Below, piece after piece: positions 1 through 10,191 of a stretch of DNA of 58,716 nt (positions are counted from its first letter, which is position 1; each line of letters begins with the position of its first letter). A program made the position numbers and the translations under genes. Under the pieces are notes generated by a model. The model made no database searches. It was not told where the DNA came from and saw nothing but the letters and a program-made list of their open reading frames with translations. The stretch spans positions 4,904 to 63,619 of the forward strand of contig MHDZ01000066.1 of the NCBI GenBank assembly GCA_001805055.1. The letters are read 5' to 3'. Source of the stretch: Nitrospirae bacterium GWC2_57_13 (lineage in GTDB: Bacteria; Nitrospirota; UBA9217).

Positions 1-406
1 GGAAGTTCTTGAGGGCCGGGAACTTGCCTTTGCTGTAATTGATATCCCCGTTATGGCATTTCTCGCAATGGGGCTTCTCGTGGCCGAATACGGTTTTGCC
101 GTCATGACACCCCGGGGCGCCGCAGAACCGCCCTGCCTTGTTCGCCGCCTCGGTGATCTCCGTCGTGTTCACCTTCAAGCTGAAGTCCAGCTCAAAGTGG
201 CAGACCCGGCAGGTGTGCTTCTGGCGGTGCACCCAGTGGGAGAAGGTGGCCGGCTTCACGTTGTTCTTCTCCGAGGTGCGGTTGATCAGGAAGTTCCCGA
301 ACTCCTTTGCCGGCGGGTGAACCGGCAGGTCCCAGAAGGCCCAGGCGGTTACGGCCCCGACCAGGAGGCCCAGCGAGACGATTATGGTCCAGATCTTCTT
401 CATCAT
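1..406 (-). CDS. c7-type multiheme cytochrome c (partial, runs off window start)
   Basis: Not in ORF track. Manual translation from ATG at 406: MMKKIWTIIVSLGLLVGAVTAWAFWDLP...FSHWVHRQKHTCRVCH...CGAPGCH...CEKCH. Signal peptide; start overlaps the stop of its upstream paralog (TGATG). Confidence 0.85.
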   Translation of the reverse strand, partial: MMKKIWTIIVSLGLLVGAVTAWAFWDLPVHPPAKEFGNFLINRTSEKNNVKPATFSHWVHRQKHTCRVCHFELDFSLKVNTTEITEAANKAGRFCGAPGCHDGKTVFGHEKPHCEKCHNGDINYSKGKFPALKNF

Positions 407-1212
407 CAATTCACCGGCTTGGCATGGCACCGCTGGCAATCAAGCAGCGGGAAGGCGACATTCACATGGCAGACGCCGCAGTACTTGCCCTGGAATATGT
501 CGGCCATTGAGTATTTCGTCTGTCCCCGCTTGATGCCCAGAAATATCTCGGGATGGCACAACTCGCAGCCGTTCCAGACCGTGTGCTTTTTGTGCGAGAA
601 AATGATGTCCGGCATTCCCTGGATCTGGGGGTTCAGCTCAAAGTCCTTCTGGATCTTGAGCGGGGGCCGCTTTATGGAAACGCCTTCCAGGTGATCAATC
701 GGTTTGACGATTCCGCTGTCCTCGGCCTTCTCCCAGTCGATGCCGTTGCCGAAGCGTTCTTTCGGGAATTTCTCGGTAAAGGCGGCGAAATCATATTCGG
801 GCTTCACATTGCGCCCCACCGAATGGCACCGCTGACAGCGGCCGAAGGATTCGCGGGAGAAGTTCTTTGAACAGGCCTCGAAGACCTTCTTGCCGCCGAT
901 GGACCGCTTGCCGTCGTGGCAGGTACCGCAGTAAAAACCCTTGATGTTGTCATCGGCCCTGATGCCCGTGGTGCCGGCCTTCATGCCGAAACCGATGTCC
1001 ACGTGGCAGACCCGGCAGGTAAACTTGGCCCGGTGCAGCCAATGGTCGAACTCCACGGCGGGTACTTTTGCGGCTTCCGAGAAATTGTTGATCGTTACCT
1101 TGCCGAACTCATGGGGCAGCGGCCGCTTTTTCTTCACCCCTGTCTGGGCAAAAGCCACAACAGCGACAAGCACCATCACAACCATAATGACGATAAAGAC
1201 GTTCCGCTTCAT
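406..1212 (-). CDS. c7-type hexaheme periplasmic cytochrome c
   Basis: Signal peptide; six CxxCH (CRVCH, CGTCH, CQRCH, CELCH, CGVCH, CQRCH); two FxHxxH c7-like modules. Confidence 0.9.
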   Translation of the reverse strand: MKRNVFIVIMVVMVLVAVVAFAQTGVKKKRPLPHEFGKVTINNFSEAAKVPAVEFDHWLHRAKFTCRVCHVDIGFGMKAGTTGIRADDNIKGFYCGTCHDGKRSIGGKKVFEACSKNFSRESFGRCQRCHSVGRNVKPEYDFAAFTEKFPKERFGNGIDWEKAEDSGIVKPIDHLEGVSIKRPPLKIQKDFELNPQIQGMPDIIFSHKKHTVWNGCELCHPEIFLGIKRGQTKYSMADIFQGKYCGVCHVNVAFPLLDCQRCHAKPVN

Positions 1213-1766
1213 AGTCCCCTCCCGATCCTTCAGCCGGATTTTTACTGCTAATGCGGAAGATCAGCCCCCTGACCGTATTGCGGCATTTACATCTTCTATT
1301 CCTTGAAAAACTGCGGACGATCACCGCGGCACGGTGATGAACAGTTGAGGCTTGACGCAGAGAGAGGCGGTCTCCTGCGCCCTTGCTGAGCTGAACGGAA
1401 TGTCTGCTGCTGATTATGAAACGAAATGTTGCTGTTTCATAGTATAGAATACCTGCCACTGGTTTGTCAACTCGACGAAGTGCCGTGGAGCCGCGTTGAG
1501 CTTAAAAGCTGACTCCTCCTGTGGTATAGAGTGAGCTTGGGGTGAAAACCCCCGTATAATAACCATGCAATAAAATGAGTGTTTTACTTTTTGTACATCC
1601 CGGGTCATACATGCCTATCATGTTCTCGCGAGAGGAGCAAACAGAAGGGGAAGCGTTGCCGTACAGTGATTTTATGCTCGGGATGTGATGATTCCACCGG
1701 TAAAAGAGATCAAGTGCGGCATGACGGCGGCAATGGATCGAAGGAGAATTCGTGGCAGGAGAAACA

Positions 1767-2132
1767 TTATCCCTGGTCCTCGCCAGTGCACTTTCTGATA
1801 GCGACGAGCAGTTCCAGGACGGTAAACGGCTTGTTGAGGTATGCGTCGGCTCCGGCTTCGATAAAATCCTTTTTTTTGTGGCCGGCACTGATGCCGATTA
1901 TGAACGACCCGGGACAGCGGAAGCGCATGCGCCTTGTCATTTCCACGCCCTTCATCCCCGGCATGACGTGATCGGTGATCACAATATCAAAACAGCCCTG
2001 GCGCGTCAGACTCAGGGCGGAGGCCGCATCCCCGCAGCGGGTAACGCTGTATCCTTCCGCTTCCAGCACATCGCCGAGCGTACCGCTGACGACCATGCTG
2101 TCGTCGACGATCAGGATCTTCTTTTGCTCCAT
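1767..2132 (-). CDS. single-domain response regulator (CheY-like receiver)
   Basis: ILIVDD, DIVITDHVMPGMKG and KPF receiver motifs. Confidence 0.9.
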   Translation of the reverse strand: MEQKKILIVDDSMVVSGTLGDVLEAEGYSVTRCGDAASALSLTRQGCFDIVITDHVMPGMKGVEMTRRMRFRCPGSFIIGISAGHKKKDFIEAGADAYLNKPFTVLELLVAIRKCTGEDQG

Positions 2133-2276
2133 ATGGCCCTATCCCCGTGATGAGTTGGTCCGGTATAGATGGTGTACAACCACGGCGAAATGATACAACC
2201 ATTGGTAGCATTTGTCAAGCAGAAAAACAATCGCTGATTGATAGACTTTTTGCCGGAACTTTCCTAAAGTAGGGGC

Positions 2277-2627
2277 ATGAAAAAAGACAGGACCACCGGA
2301 CAGATCATCAAGGACAGGAGAACGGCTTTGGGGCTCACCCAGATTCAACTTGCCGAAAAGATCGGTCTTTCCTACCAGCAGGTGCAGAAATATGAAAAGG
2401 GCATCGACCGGGTCAGTGTGGAACGGCTGAAGCAGATGGCCAGGGCCCTTGATACGCCCGTATCGGCCTTTTTCCCCTCCGACAACGGCATGGTGGCGGA
2501 AGAGCCCGCAGCCTATGGCAGACTGAACGCTGATGAAGAAGAACTGCTTCGCCTCTTCCGGGGCATCAAGGACAAGAAACAGCGGAGCGCCGTCATGGCG
2601 CTGCTGACGTCGCTGTCGCGGAAGTGA
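2277..2627 (+). CDS. XRE-family helix-turn-helix transcriptional regulator
   Basis: LTQIQLAEKIGLSYQQVQKYEKG HTH signature. Confidence 0.9.
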   Translation: MKKDRTTGQIIKDRRTALGLTQIQLAEKIGLSYQQVQKYEKGIDRVSVERLKQMARALDTPVSAFFPSDNGMVAEEPAAYGRLNADEEELLRLFRGIKDKKQRSAVMALLTSLSRK

Positions 2628-2806
2628 CGTGCGTGACCGGCGCACCTTAGGTGGAACATGACCCACGAAGGCGCGAAGACTCCAGGAAATTCTTAAGAAG
2701 CTTTGGGATTTGAGTAACTGGTTGAATTTGCTGAAGTTGAAAAGCAACTACGAACTTCTGTCTCTGCGCGAATTTTTTTTCACTGAGGACAGCTATCCAC
2801 CATAGT

Positions 2807-3958
2807 TCACAAAATCCCATCAAAGGCCGCATAGAAGCGCTGAATATCCTCTTTGGTATTATAAAAATGAGGCGACACCCGCAGCGCTCCGCCACGCACG
2901 TTCACCATGATCCCCTGCGCCCGCAAACCGTCCCGGACCTTTAAAGGGTCGAACTCCCCGGTGAAGGAAACAATTCCGCCCCGCGATGCGCGGTCCCTGG
3001 GCGAGCGCAGTTCAAGACCCCGTTGTTCCGCCTCGCTGATGATCAGCTCCCCCAGGTCGAGCACCTGCTGCTCGATGCGTTCCATCCCCGCCTCGCCCAG
3101 AAGTTCAAGTGCTGCTCCCAGGCCGACGATCCCCATGACATTCAGCGACCCTTCCTCGAAACGCAGCGCATCGGTCCTGAGGTGAAGGTCGACATGATCG
3201 AAGTCGAGAGCGTTCTCAACGCTCTTCCAGCCCAGAAGCGGCGGATCGATCCGTTCGGCCAGTTCCTTCCGGCAGAAGAAGAGCCCGATCCCTTCGGGCG
3301 CCAGAAGCCACTTGTGTCCGTCGGCGGAGAGGAAATCGACCTGACATTTCTTTACGTCCAGAGGGAGCACACCCAGGCTCTGGATGGCGTCAACGCAGAA
3401 CAGCACGTTGCGGCCCCTGCAGAGAGCGCCAAGCCGCTCAAGGTCGATCCGGAAACCGTTCCGAAACTGCACGGAGCTGACGGTGAGAAGCCTCGTCCGG
3501 GCATCGATCAGTTTTTTGATGTCATCGAAAAGGAATAACCCCTTGCGGGAGGGCACGACCCTCGCTTCGACACCCCGTGCCTTGAGATGCAGCCAGGGAT
3601 ATATATTGGAAGGGAATTCGCTCTCAAAGATCAGGACATTGTCGCCGGCTTTCCAATCAAGGCCCGAGGCAACGAGGGAAAGTCCATGGGACGTGCTCTT
3701 CACAAAGGCGATCTCGTCACGATCAGCGTTGATAAGCCGGGCGCAGGCCTTTCGGACCTCGTTCACGCGCGACATCCAGAAAGGATACGGGAATGCTCCG
3801 CTCCGGGTGCATTCGTCCAGAAACCCCTCCACGGCCTTCTTCACCCTGAGCGAGATTGGTGCGATGCCGGCGTGGTCCAGATAGATATGCGTCTTCGTGA
3901 CCGGAAATTCGGTCCGGAAGGATGAGAGCGGAGGTCTGTCGCTGTCTGCAGTCTTCAT
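2807..3958 (-). CDS. class V PLP-dependent aminotransferase (cysteine desulfurase/selenocysteine lyase-like fold)
   Basis: IYLDHAG, VDAIQSLG, SADGHKWLLAPEG (PLP Lys) and RVSPHFYNT motifs. Confidence 0.85.
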   Translation of the reverse strand: MKTADSDRPPLSSFRTEFPVTKTHIYLDHAGIAPISLRVKKAVEGFLDECTRSGAFPYPFWMSRVNEVRKACARLINADRDEIAFVKSTSHGLSLVASGLDWKAGDNVLIFESEFPSNIYPWLHLKARGVEARVVPSRKGLFLFDDIKKLIDARTRLLTVSSVQFRNGFRIDLERLGALCRGRNVLFCVDAIQSLGVLPLDVKKCQVDFLSADGHKWLLAPEGIGLFFCRKELAERIDPPLLGWKSVENALDFDHVDLHLRTDALRFEEGSLNVMGIVGLGAALELLGEAGMERIEQQVLDLGELIISEAEQRGLELRSPRDRASRGGIVSFTGEFDPLKVRDGLRAQGIMVNVRGGALRVSPHFYNTKEDIQRFYAAFDGIL

Positions 3959-5865
3959 GAGCGTGATGAACTGTCCTTGCCGTAGCCCATGCCCTTCATT
4001 GCCGTCTCGATCTCGCCGAGGATGGCAGGATCGTCGATGGTGGCCGGCACTGTGTACGTCTCGCCATCGGCGATCTTGCGCATGGTGCCGCGCAGGATCT
4101 TTCCCGAGCGCGTCTTGGGCAGCCGGTTGACCACAGCCACCTGCTTGAAGCAGGCGATAGGGCCGACCTGCTCGCGCACCATCTTAACCAGTTCCTTCCT
4201 GATCTCCTCCTGGTTGCCGTTTGCGCCCGCCTTCAGGACCACGAGGCCCACAGGCAGCTGGCCCTTCAGCGCGTCACGGGCGCCGATCACGGCGCACTCG
4301 GCCACTGCCGTGTGCTTAGAGACGACCTCCTCCATCGAACCTGTCGACAGGCGGTGTCCTGCCACATTGATCACGTCGTCGATGCGGCCCATGATGAAGA
4401 AATACCCGTCGCGGTCCTTATGGCCGCCGTCGCTGGTGTAATAATATCCCGGGAAGGGAGCAAGGTAGGACTTGACGAACCAGTCATCGTTCTTCCAGAG
4501 CGTGGGCAGTGTGCCGGGAGGGAACGGCAGCTTCACTGCCACGATACCCTCCTGGTCCGGACCGAGCTCTTTGCCGTTGCTGTCCAGGATGCGCACGTCA
4601 AAGCCGGGCACGGGCATGGTGGATGAACCGGGCTTGACCGGGAACTCCTCGATCCCCATGGGATTTGCGGTGATGGGCCAGCCCGTCTCGGTCTGCCACC
4701 AGTGATCGATCACGGGCCGCTTCAGTAGGTCGCTCGCCCAGTGGTACGTATCCGGGTCGAGCCGCTCACCTGCCAGGAAGAGGTACTTGAATCCTGCCAG
4801 GTCGTATTTCTTCAGATATTCACCCTTGGGGTCTTCCTTCTTGATGGCCCGGAAGGCCGTTGGCGCCGTAAAGAGCACCTTCACACCATGCTGGGAGATG
4901 ACGCGCCAGAAGGCGCCCGGGTCGGGCGTGCCTACCGATTTGCCTTCATAGAGCACCGTGGTGCAGCCCGCGAGCAGCGGCCCGTAGACGATGTAGGAAT
5001 GGCCCACCACCCACCCCACGTCCGAGGCCGACCAGAACACGTCGCCGGGCCTTACATTATATATATGCTCCATACTCCATTGGAGCGCCACGGCGTGGCC
5101 TCCATTGTCCCGTACCACACCCTTGGGAAGCCCCGTGGTGCCCGAAGTATAAAGGATATAGAGCGGATCCGTTGCTTTTACCGGCACGCAGTCTACCGGC
5201 TCGGACTTTGCCACGAGTTCCGCCCAATCATGGTCCCTGCCGGCGATGAGCTGGGCCAAGACCTGGGGCCGCTGGAAAACGATGCAGTTCTCGGGTTTAT
5301 GCGACGCAAGCTCGATGGCCTTGTCGAGCATGGGCTTGTACTCGATCAGCCGGGAAACTTCGATGGCGCCCGAGGCCGAGACGATCACCTTCGGCTTTGC
5401 ATCGTCGATCCGGACCGCCAGCTCGTTCGGCGCAAAGCCGCCGAAGACCACGGAGTGGACCGCGCCGAGACGGGCGCAGGCCAGCATGGCCGTGACAGCC
5501 TCGGGGATCATGGGCATATAGATAACAACAGTATCGCCCTTTGATACACCCAGTCCCCTGAGCGCGCCGGCAAATCTGGCCGTCGCGTCCCGCAGCTCGC
5601 GATAGGTGAACTTCTGCACCTGCTTTGTCACGGGGCTGTCGTAGATCAGGGCAATCTGGTCCGCGCGGCCCGATTCCACGTGCCGGTCCAGGGCATTGTA
5701 GCAGGTGTTCAGCTCACCGCCCGCAAACCAGCGATAGAAGGGCTGGTTCGAGTCGTCAAGGACCTTGTCCCATTTTTTGTGCCACGAGATCGCCTCAGCA
5801 GCCTTGCCCCAGAAGCCCTGGGGGTCGCTGATGCTCTTCTGGAAAATATCGTTATACCTGCCCAT
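3955..5865 (-). CDS. prpE: propionyl-CoA synthetase (acetate/propionate-CoA ligase)
   Basis: YTSGTTGLPKG AMP-binding motif, DHWWQTETG, GHRLSTG, LPKTRSGKILR. Confidence 0.85.
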   Translation of the reverse strand: MGRYNDIFQKSISDPQGFWGKAAEAISWHKKWDKVLDDSNQPFYRWFAGGELNTCYNALDRHVESGRADQIALIYDSPVTKQVQKFTYRELRDATARFAGALRGLGVSKGDTVVIYMPMIPEAVTAMLACARLGAVHSVVFGGFAPNELAVRIDDAKPKVIVSASGAIEVSRLIEYKPMLDKAIELASHKPENCIVFQRPQVLAQLIAGRDHDWAELVAKSEPVDCVPVKATDPLYILYTSGTTGLPKGVVRDNGGHAVALQWSMEHIYNVRPGDVFWSASDVGWVVGHSYIVYGPLLAGCTTVLYEGKSVGTPDPGAFWRVISQHGVKVLFTAPTAFRAIKKEDPKGEYLKKYDLAGFKYLFLAGERLDPDTYHWASDLLKRPVIDHWWQTETGWPITANPMGIEEFPVKPGSSTMPVPGFDVRILDSNGKELGPDQEGIVAVKLPFPPGTLPTLWKNDDWFVKSYLAPFPGYYYTSDGGHKDRDGYFFIMGRIDDVINVAGHRLSTGSMEEVVSKHTAVAECAVIGARDALKGQLPVGLVVLKAGANGNQEEIRKELVKMVREQVGPIACFKQVAVVNRLPKTRSGKILRGTMRKIADGETYTVPATIDDPAILGEIETAMKGMGYGKDSSSRS

Positions 5866-6072
5866 GTGTGCTGCCTCCCGCGCCTGTTCCGGCCCCTGAC
5901 GGGCCGTAAAGAAGTGCCGTCATTGTACAAAAGTCCCTGCGTCCCTGGCAAGGGGGAAAAGCGGCAATTTCTCTGACCGGGATGACCATGCTGCCTGCTG
6001 ACTGCACCCACAATCATTCCAAAAGTGATTCGTTCGCAAACAGCAACAGAATTATGAGTTTTCTCCATCCAG

Positions 6073-6108
6073 CCCCTCTCCCTCCGGGAGAGGGGCCGGG
6101 TGAGGGTG
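6073..6108. repeat. REP-like palindrome CCCCTCTCCC..GGGAGAGGGG..GGGTGAGGG
   Basis: Intergenic inverted repeat cccctctccc/gggagagggg. Confidence 0.5.
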
Positions 6109-6262
6109 CTCAAACAGCCCGAAATGTTTAACCCTCGGACTCGGTCACCTGGCTAAATTTTCGTATGGGATTGCTGAGAGGCTGTGCAAAAAACCGATGC
6201 CCTCCCAATCAAAACTGAGCGACATAGGGGGATAAAACCACTCGCACCAACCCGGAAGATCC

Positions 6263-7927
6263 TTATTTCTTTACTTCCACTGTAGTCTCTTCCTTCTTCT
6301 CCCCGTCAGGGCTCGACAGGTCCTCGAAGGCCGTCATGGCCGCGATCGTCCCCTGGCCCACGGCCACGGAGATCTGCTTCACGCCGCCGCTCAGGTCACC
6401 GGCTGCGTAGACCAGCGGAACAGAGGTGCGCATGGTCATGGGGTCGGCCTTGATGTATCCAATGTCGGTCAGCTCGAGCCCCAGCATCTTCGCGATCTCG
6501 TTGTTCGGGATGTATCCGATGGCGATGAACACGCCGTCCACCTGCTCTTCGCGCGTCTTCTTCTCCTTCGTGTTCTCGATGCTCACGGACTTGACGATCT
6601 TCTCGCCCCGGATCTCGCGCACCTCGCTGTTCCACATCACCGGAATGCCGGCCTTCTTCATGCTCTCCTGCAGATGCGCCTGCGCCCGAAGCTTATCACG
6701 CCGGTGCACGATCGTGGCCTTTACGCCGATATTGTGAAGATAGAGCGCATCGGTGACTGCCGTGTTCCCGCCGCCAACGACGATGACCTTCTTGCCGTCC
6801 TTGAAAAAATAGCCGTCGCAGGTGGAGCAGTAGCTCACGCCGCGGCCGTAGAACTTTCGCTCGCCCGGCACCGTCAGCGGCCGGTTGTCCGCGCCCGTAG
6901 CGATGATGACGGCTTTGGTGAGATAGATCGCCCGGTTCGTGGTGATCCGGAAGCGCTCCTTCTCCTTCACCGCTTCCTTCACCACCTCGCCCACGTGGAT
7001 CTCCGTGTACTGCACCGCCTGCTGCACGATGAGGTCAACCAGGCTCTTTCCACCGATGCGCATGAAGCCCGGATAGTTCTCCACCACCGGCGTGATGGTG
7101 ATCTGGCCGCCCAGAGCGCGCTTCTCGATGACGATGGTCTTCAATCCGGCGCGCACGGCATAGATCCCGGCGGTAAGACCCGCGGGGCCGCCGCCGATGA
7201 TCACCAGGTCCTTTTCCACCGGCTCGCCGGGCGTCACCTCTTCTGACACCTGTTCGGGTTCCTTGAGGGTGACCAGTGTCTCGACGAAAACCTCCTCGGT
7301 CTGGAGCCCGGCGCCCGTAAAGGTCCCGTTAATAAAGGTCTGCGGCACGGCAAGGGAACCCAGCTCCTCGGCCAGGTCCTGGTTCTCATAGATCTCCACG
7401 ATCTCGGCTGACACGAACTCGGGCTTCGCTATGGCAGCGGCCATGGCGTTCAGCGCCTGCTGGGGACAATAGGGACAGGTGGGGCTCACAAAGACCTGGA
7501 TCAGCCGCTCTTCTTTTAGCACGCGGATCCGTTCGGTCATGGCGGGCGTAAAGATGGTCTTGCCTGACGAGGCCATCATGAGCCCTACAAGGAACGAACG
7601 TGCCTCTTCGCCAAGGGGCGCGCCGGTGCAGCGGATGCGGTACTTGTCCGGCGCTATCAGCAGCGTAGGCGACCGCTCAACGCCGCGCTTCTTCGCCTGC
7701 TCATCGCCCACGGTGTGAAAGGACACCTTCACCTTGTCGCTCAGCTCCGCGAAGACCTTCGCGATCTGCACGGCAGCCTCGTTGAACTGGTCGTTCACAC
7801 CCTGCTTCGTGAAGACCTCAACAGCCACGGGGTCCTTCAGCTCCTTAGAGAAGGTCTCCTGGATGACCTTCTTTACATCGTCGGAGATCAGCTCATGCGT
7901 GTGCGTTTTATCCTTGTGCTCTTCCAT
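6263..7927 (-). CDS. thioredoxin reductase fused to N-terminal PDO/AhpF-type double thioredoxin fold
   Basis: N-terminal CPYC; GGGPAG FAD motif; GVSYCSTCDG redox pair; GGGNTA NAD(P)H motif. Confidence 0.88.
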   Translation of the reverse strand: MEEHKDKTHTHELISDDVKKVIQETFSKELKDPVAVEVFTKQGVNDQFNEAAVQIAKVFAELSDKVKVSFHTVGDEQAKKRGVERSPTLLIAPDKYRIRCTGAPLGEEARSFLVGLMMASSGKTIFTPAMTERIRVLKEERLIQVFVSPTCPYCPQQALNAMAAAIAKPEFVSAEIVEIYENQDLAEELGSLAVPQTFINGTFTGAGLQTEEVFVETLVTLKEPEQVSEEVTPGEPVEKDLVIIGGGPAGLTAGIYAVRAGLKTIVIEKRALGGQITITPVVENYPGFMRIGGKSLVDLIVQQAVQYTEIHVGEVVKEAVKEKERFRITTNRAIYLTKAVIIATGADNRPLTVPGERKFYGRGVSYCSTCDGYFFKDGKKVIVVGGGNTAVTDALYLHNIGVKATIVHRRDKLRAQAHLQESMKKAGIPVMWNSEVREIRGEKIVKSVSIENTKEKKTREEQVDGVFIAIGYIPNNEIAKMLGLELTDIGYIKADPMTMRTSVPLVYAAGDLSGGVKQISVAVGQGTIAAMTAFEDLSSPDGEKKEETTVEVKK

Positions 7928-7970
7928 GGTGGATTACCTCGATGAGGGCAGATCCATATAGCAAATGTGC

Positions 7971-8534
7971 TTACTTTATTCTCTTCGATATCGCCTTGAA
8001 CTCCTCGGTCCCGGCCACGCCCAGAAGCTGGAACAGCACCGTCTCTGTCCCGGTGACAACTGCGCCGGCGCTGCGCATGAGATCCAGACTCGTGCGCCAG
8101 TTCGCCTTGGTCCGGGAGCAGACCGCGTCGCTCACCACGTGGGGAACAAAATCGGCCTTCAGCAGACCGAGGGTCGTCTGAAGCACGCAGATATGCGTCT
8201 CCATGCCGGTGACAATGATCTTCTTGCGGTCCAGGGCGCGGACCTCTTTCATGAACGCCGGCTCGCCGCAGCAGTTGAAGGCGATCTTCTCGACGGGCTT
8301 CACCGCGGCCGTTGCCTCCCGAAGCTCCGGGACCGTGGGGCCCAGGCCCTTGGGATACTGCTCCGTAACCATGACGGGGATATTCAACATTTTCGCCAGC
8401 TCGATCAGATGCCGGCAGTTCTTCACCACCTGGTCCTTCACCTCGGTTTTCATGACCGCGGCCAGCCGCTCCTGGATGTCAATGATCAGAATGAGCGTGT
8501 CTTCCTTGTCGAGAATAAAACGGTTAATGGGCAT
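7971..8534 (-). CDS. isochorismatase-family cysteine hydrolase
   Basis: IIDIQERL, TEQYPKGLGPT, GMETHICVLQT. Confidence 0.9.
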   Translation of the reverse strand: MPINRFILDKEDTLILIIDIQERLAAVMKTEVKDQVVKNCRHLIELAKMLNIPVMVTEQYPKGLGPTVPELREATAAVKPVEKIAFNCCGEPAFMKEVRALDRKKIIVTGMETHICVLQTTLGLLKADFVPHVVSDAVCSRTKANWRTSLDLMRSAGAVVTGTETVLFQLLGVAGTEEFKAISKRIK

Positions 8535-8974
8535 ACGTCATCCTTTCCTGGTATTACGTCTAAAAAATAGTAGCGAGGCCCTGCCTCAGTCTGATGAAAG
8601 CAAAACCTTTGAACCGCCAAGGCGCAATGGACGCGAAGTTTTTTTGGAGCGAGCCGACCGCGTCGGCGTTCACCCCGTTAGAGATGCTGCATGACGGCTT
8701 CCAATGTGCCGTCGGCAGCATTACCCATGATGGTGATCTCTAACGGGGTTCACTGCGGCAACGCGCCGCGCCCCGTTTCCAAATGGTAGAGGACGCGGGC
8801 CCCGCTCCCCCGGCCCGCTTCCTATTTTTGTTTGATCCGGGGCGGGCGTGTCATACATCTTATTGATGCGGGACGGAGACGGGGGTTGCCTTGGTCCATA
8901 TTTTTCTTCGCGCCTTAGCGCCTTCGTGGCGATTATCGGTTTAGACTTTATAAACAACCGGCGGACCGCCGGAC

Positions 8975-9187
8975 CTATACCCCTCAGGTGCCCCCGCAGC
9001 CGATGGTCACCTTCTCTCCCTCGACGATAACCGGAACGTCACGTCGTCCCTTGGAAAGCTTCAGCATCTCGTCGAGCTTTGCATGGTCATCCTTCACATC
9101 GAAATAGACCGCTCCGCTGTAGGCCTCACGGGCCTTCGTGGTATAGGGTCATCCGGCCTTGCCGTAAATAATAACCTTGTCAGCCAT
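8975..9187 (-). CDS. glutaredoxin-like selenoprotein with two Sec (Uxx-star type), 70 aa
   Basis: Missed by ORF track. MADKVIIYGKAG-U-PYTTKAREAY...DVPVIVEGEKVTIGCGGT-U-GV*. In-frame TGA at 9149-9151 and 8984-8986; GGGAGG RBS; a hairpin follows each TGA. Confidence 0.85.
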
Positions 9188-9440
9188 GACTTGCCTCCCT
9201 CTGCGAATTCTGGAATGATCGGTCCTTGTAATAGACCCTTCAAAATAAAAAACGACTTTAGACTTACTTCGCGCCTTGGAGCCTTCGTGGCAGGCTTTGG
9301 TCCGCTTCGCCTTTATTTGACATGGTGTATTCTATCATAGGCAAACCCGCATAACAATACTGTCACCGGCATTCTCAGGTGACCTTTTTTCAGATGCAAA
9401 TCCAGCCTGATTCCGCTACAATGATCCCGGGATGAACCAC

Positions 9441-9469
9441 GGAACAAACAAGGCCTTTCGGCTGTCTAA
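9441..9469 (+). promoter_or_regulatory. ECF sigma-type promoter (autoregulatory)
   Basis: GGAACAA-N16-GTCTAA; same architecture as the site at 11368-11396. Confidence 0.65.
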
Positions 9470-9476
9470 TGATCAG

Positions 9477-10085
9477 ATGGATGCCGGTCCGGCCGGATCA
9501 GCCGACGCTGATGCCGAACTGGTCGCTGCCGCCACGAGGGATGACCTCGCCGCCTTCGAGGTCCTGGTGAGCCGGCACGAAAAACGCATCGTGAACATCG
9601 CGTACCGGATCACGGGAGACTACGAAGACGCCTGTGAGGTGGCGCAGGACTCCTTTGTCTCTGCCTTCCGGAACCTGAAGCACTTCCGGGGCGAGGCGAG
9701 GTTCTCGACATGGCTCACATCCATCGCCATGAACCAGGCCCGGAACCGGCTGAAGCAGGTCCGGACCCGCAGAAGCCGGGAGCCGGTCAGCCTCGACGAT
9801 CCGATCTTGACGGATGATGGTGCGATGATGCGTGACCCGCCTTCCCAGTCGCCATCGGCACTGGAGAGCATGGAAAAACGCGATGTGCAGCGCGCTGTTC
9901 AGGACTGCATCAGCGGCCTCGAAGCGGAGTTCCGCGAAGTGCTGGTGCTGCGCGACATCCAGGGCTATGCTTACGACGAGATCGGGAAGGTCCTGAAGGT
10001 CCGGGAGGGCACGGTCAAATCGCGCATCTTCCGGGCACGTGGGGCCATGAAGGACTGTTTGAAAAAACTGATGGGGTATCTCTGA
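9477..10085 (+). CDS. ECF RNA polymerase sigma factor (RpoE/SigW-like)
   Basis: Region 2 (DACEVAQDSFVSAFRNL, FSTWL) and region 4 (YDEIGKVLKVREGTVKSRIFRAR). Start moved from 9432 to 9477 because a promoter motif overlaps 9441-9469. Confidence 0.9.
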   Translation: MDAGPAGSADADAELVAAATRDDLAAFEVLVSRHEKRIVNIAYRITGDYEDACEVAQDSFVSAFRNLKHFRGEARFSTWLTSIAMNQARNRLKQVRTRRSREPVSLDDPILTDDGAMMRDPPSQSPSALESMEKRDVQRAVQDCISGLEAEFREVLVLRDIQGYAYDEIGKVLKVREGTVKSRIFRARGAMKDCLKKLMGYL

Positions 10086-10191
10086 GCATGGAGCATAGGG
10101 CATAGAGCAGAGTGCGCGGAGTGTTTCTCTTATGCCTTGCTGTTTCAACCCTCTGCTCTCTGCACCATGCGCTTTGCAGTGATTTATCGCT

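Noticed and set aside
1215-1760. Possible riboswitch (e.g. GEMM) upstream of the c7 cytochromes
   Set aside because: Hairpins are present but I could not find the conserved GEMM or other riboswitch motifs; an Rfam scan is needed.
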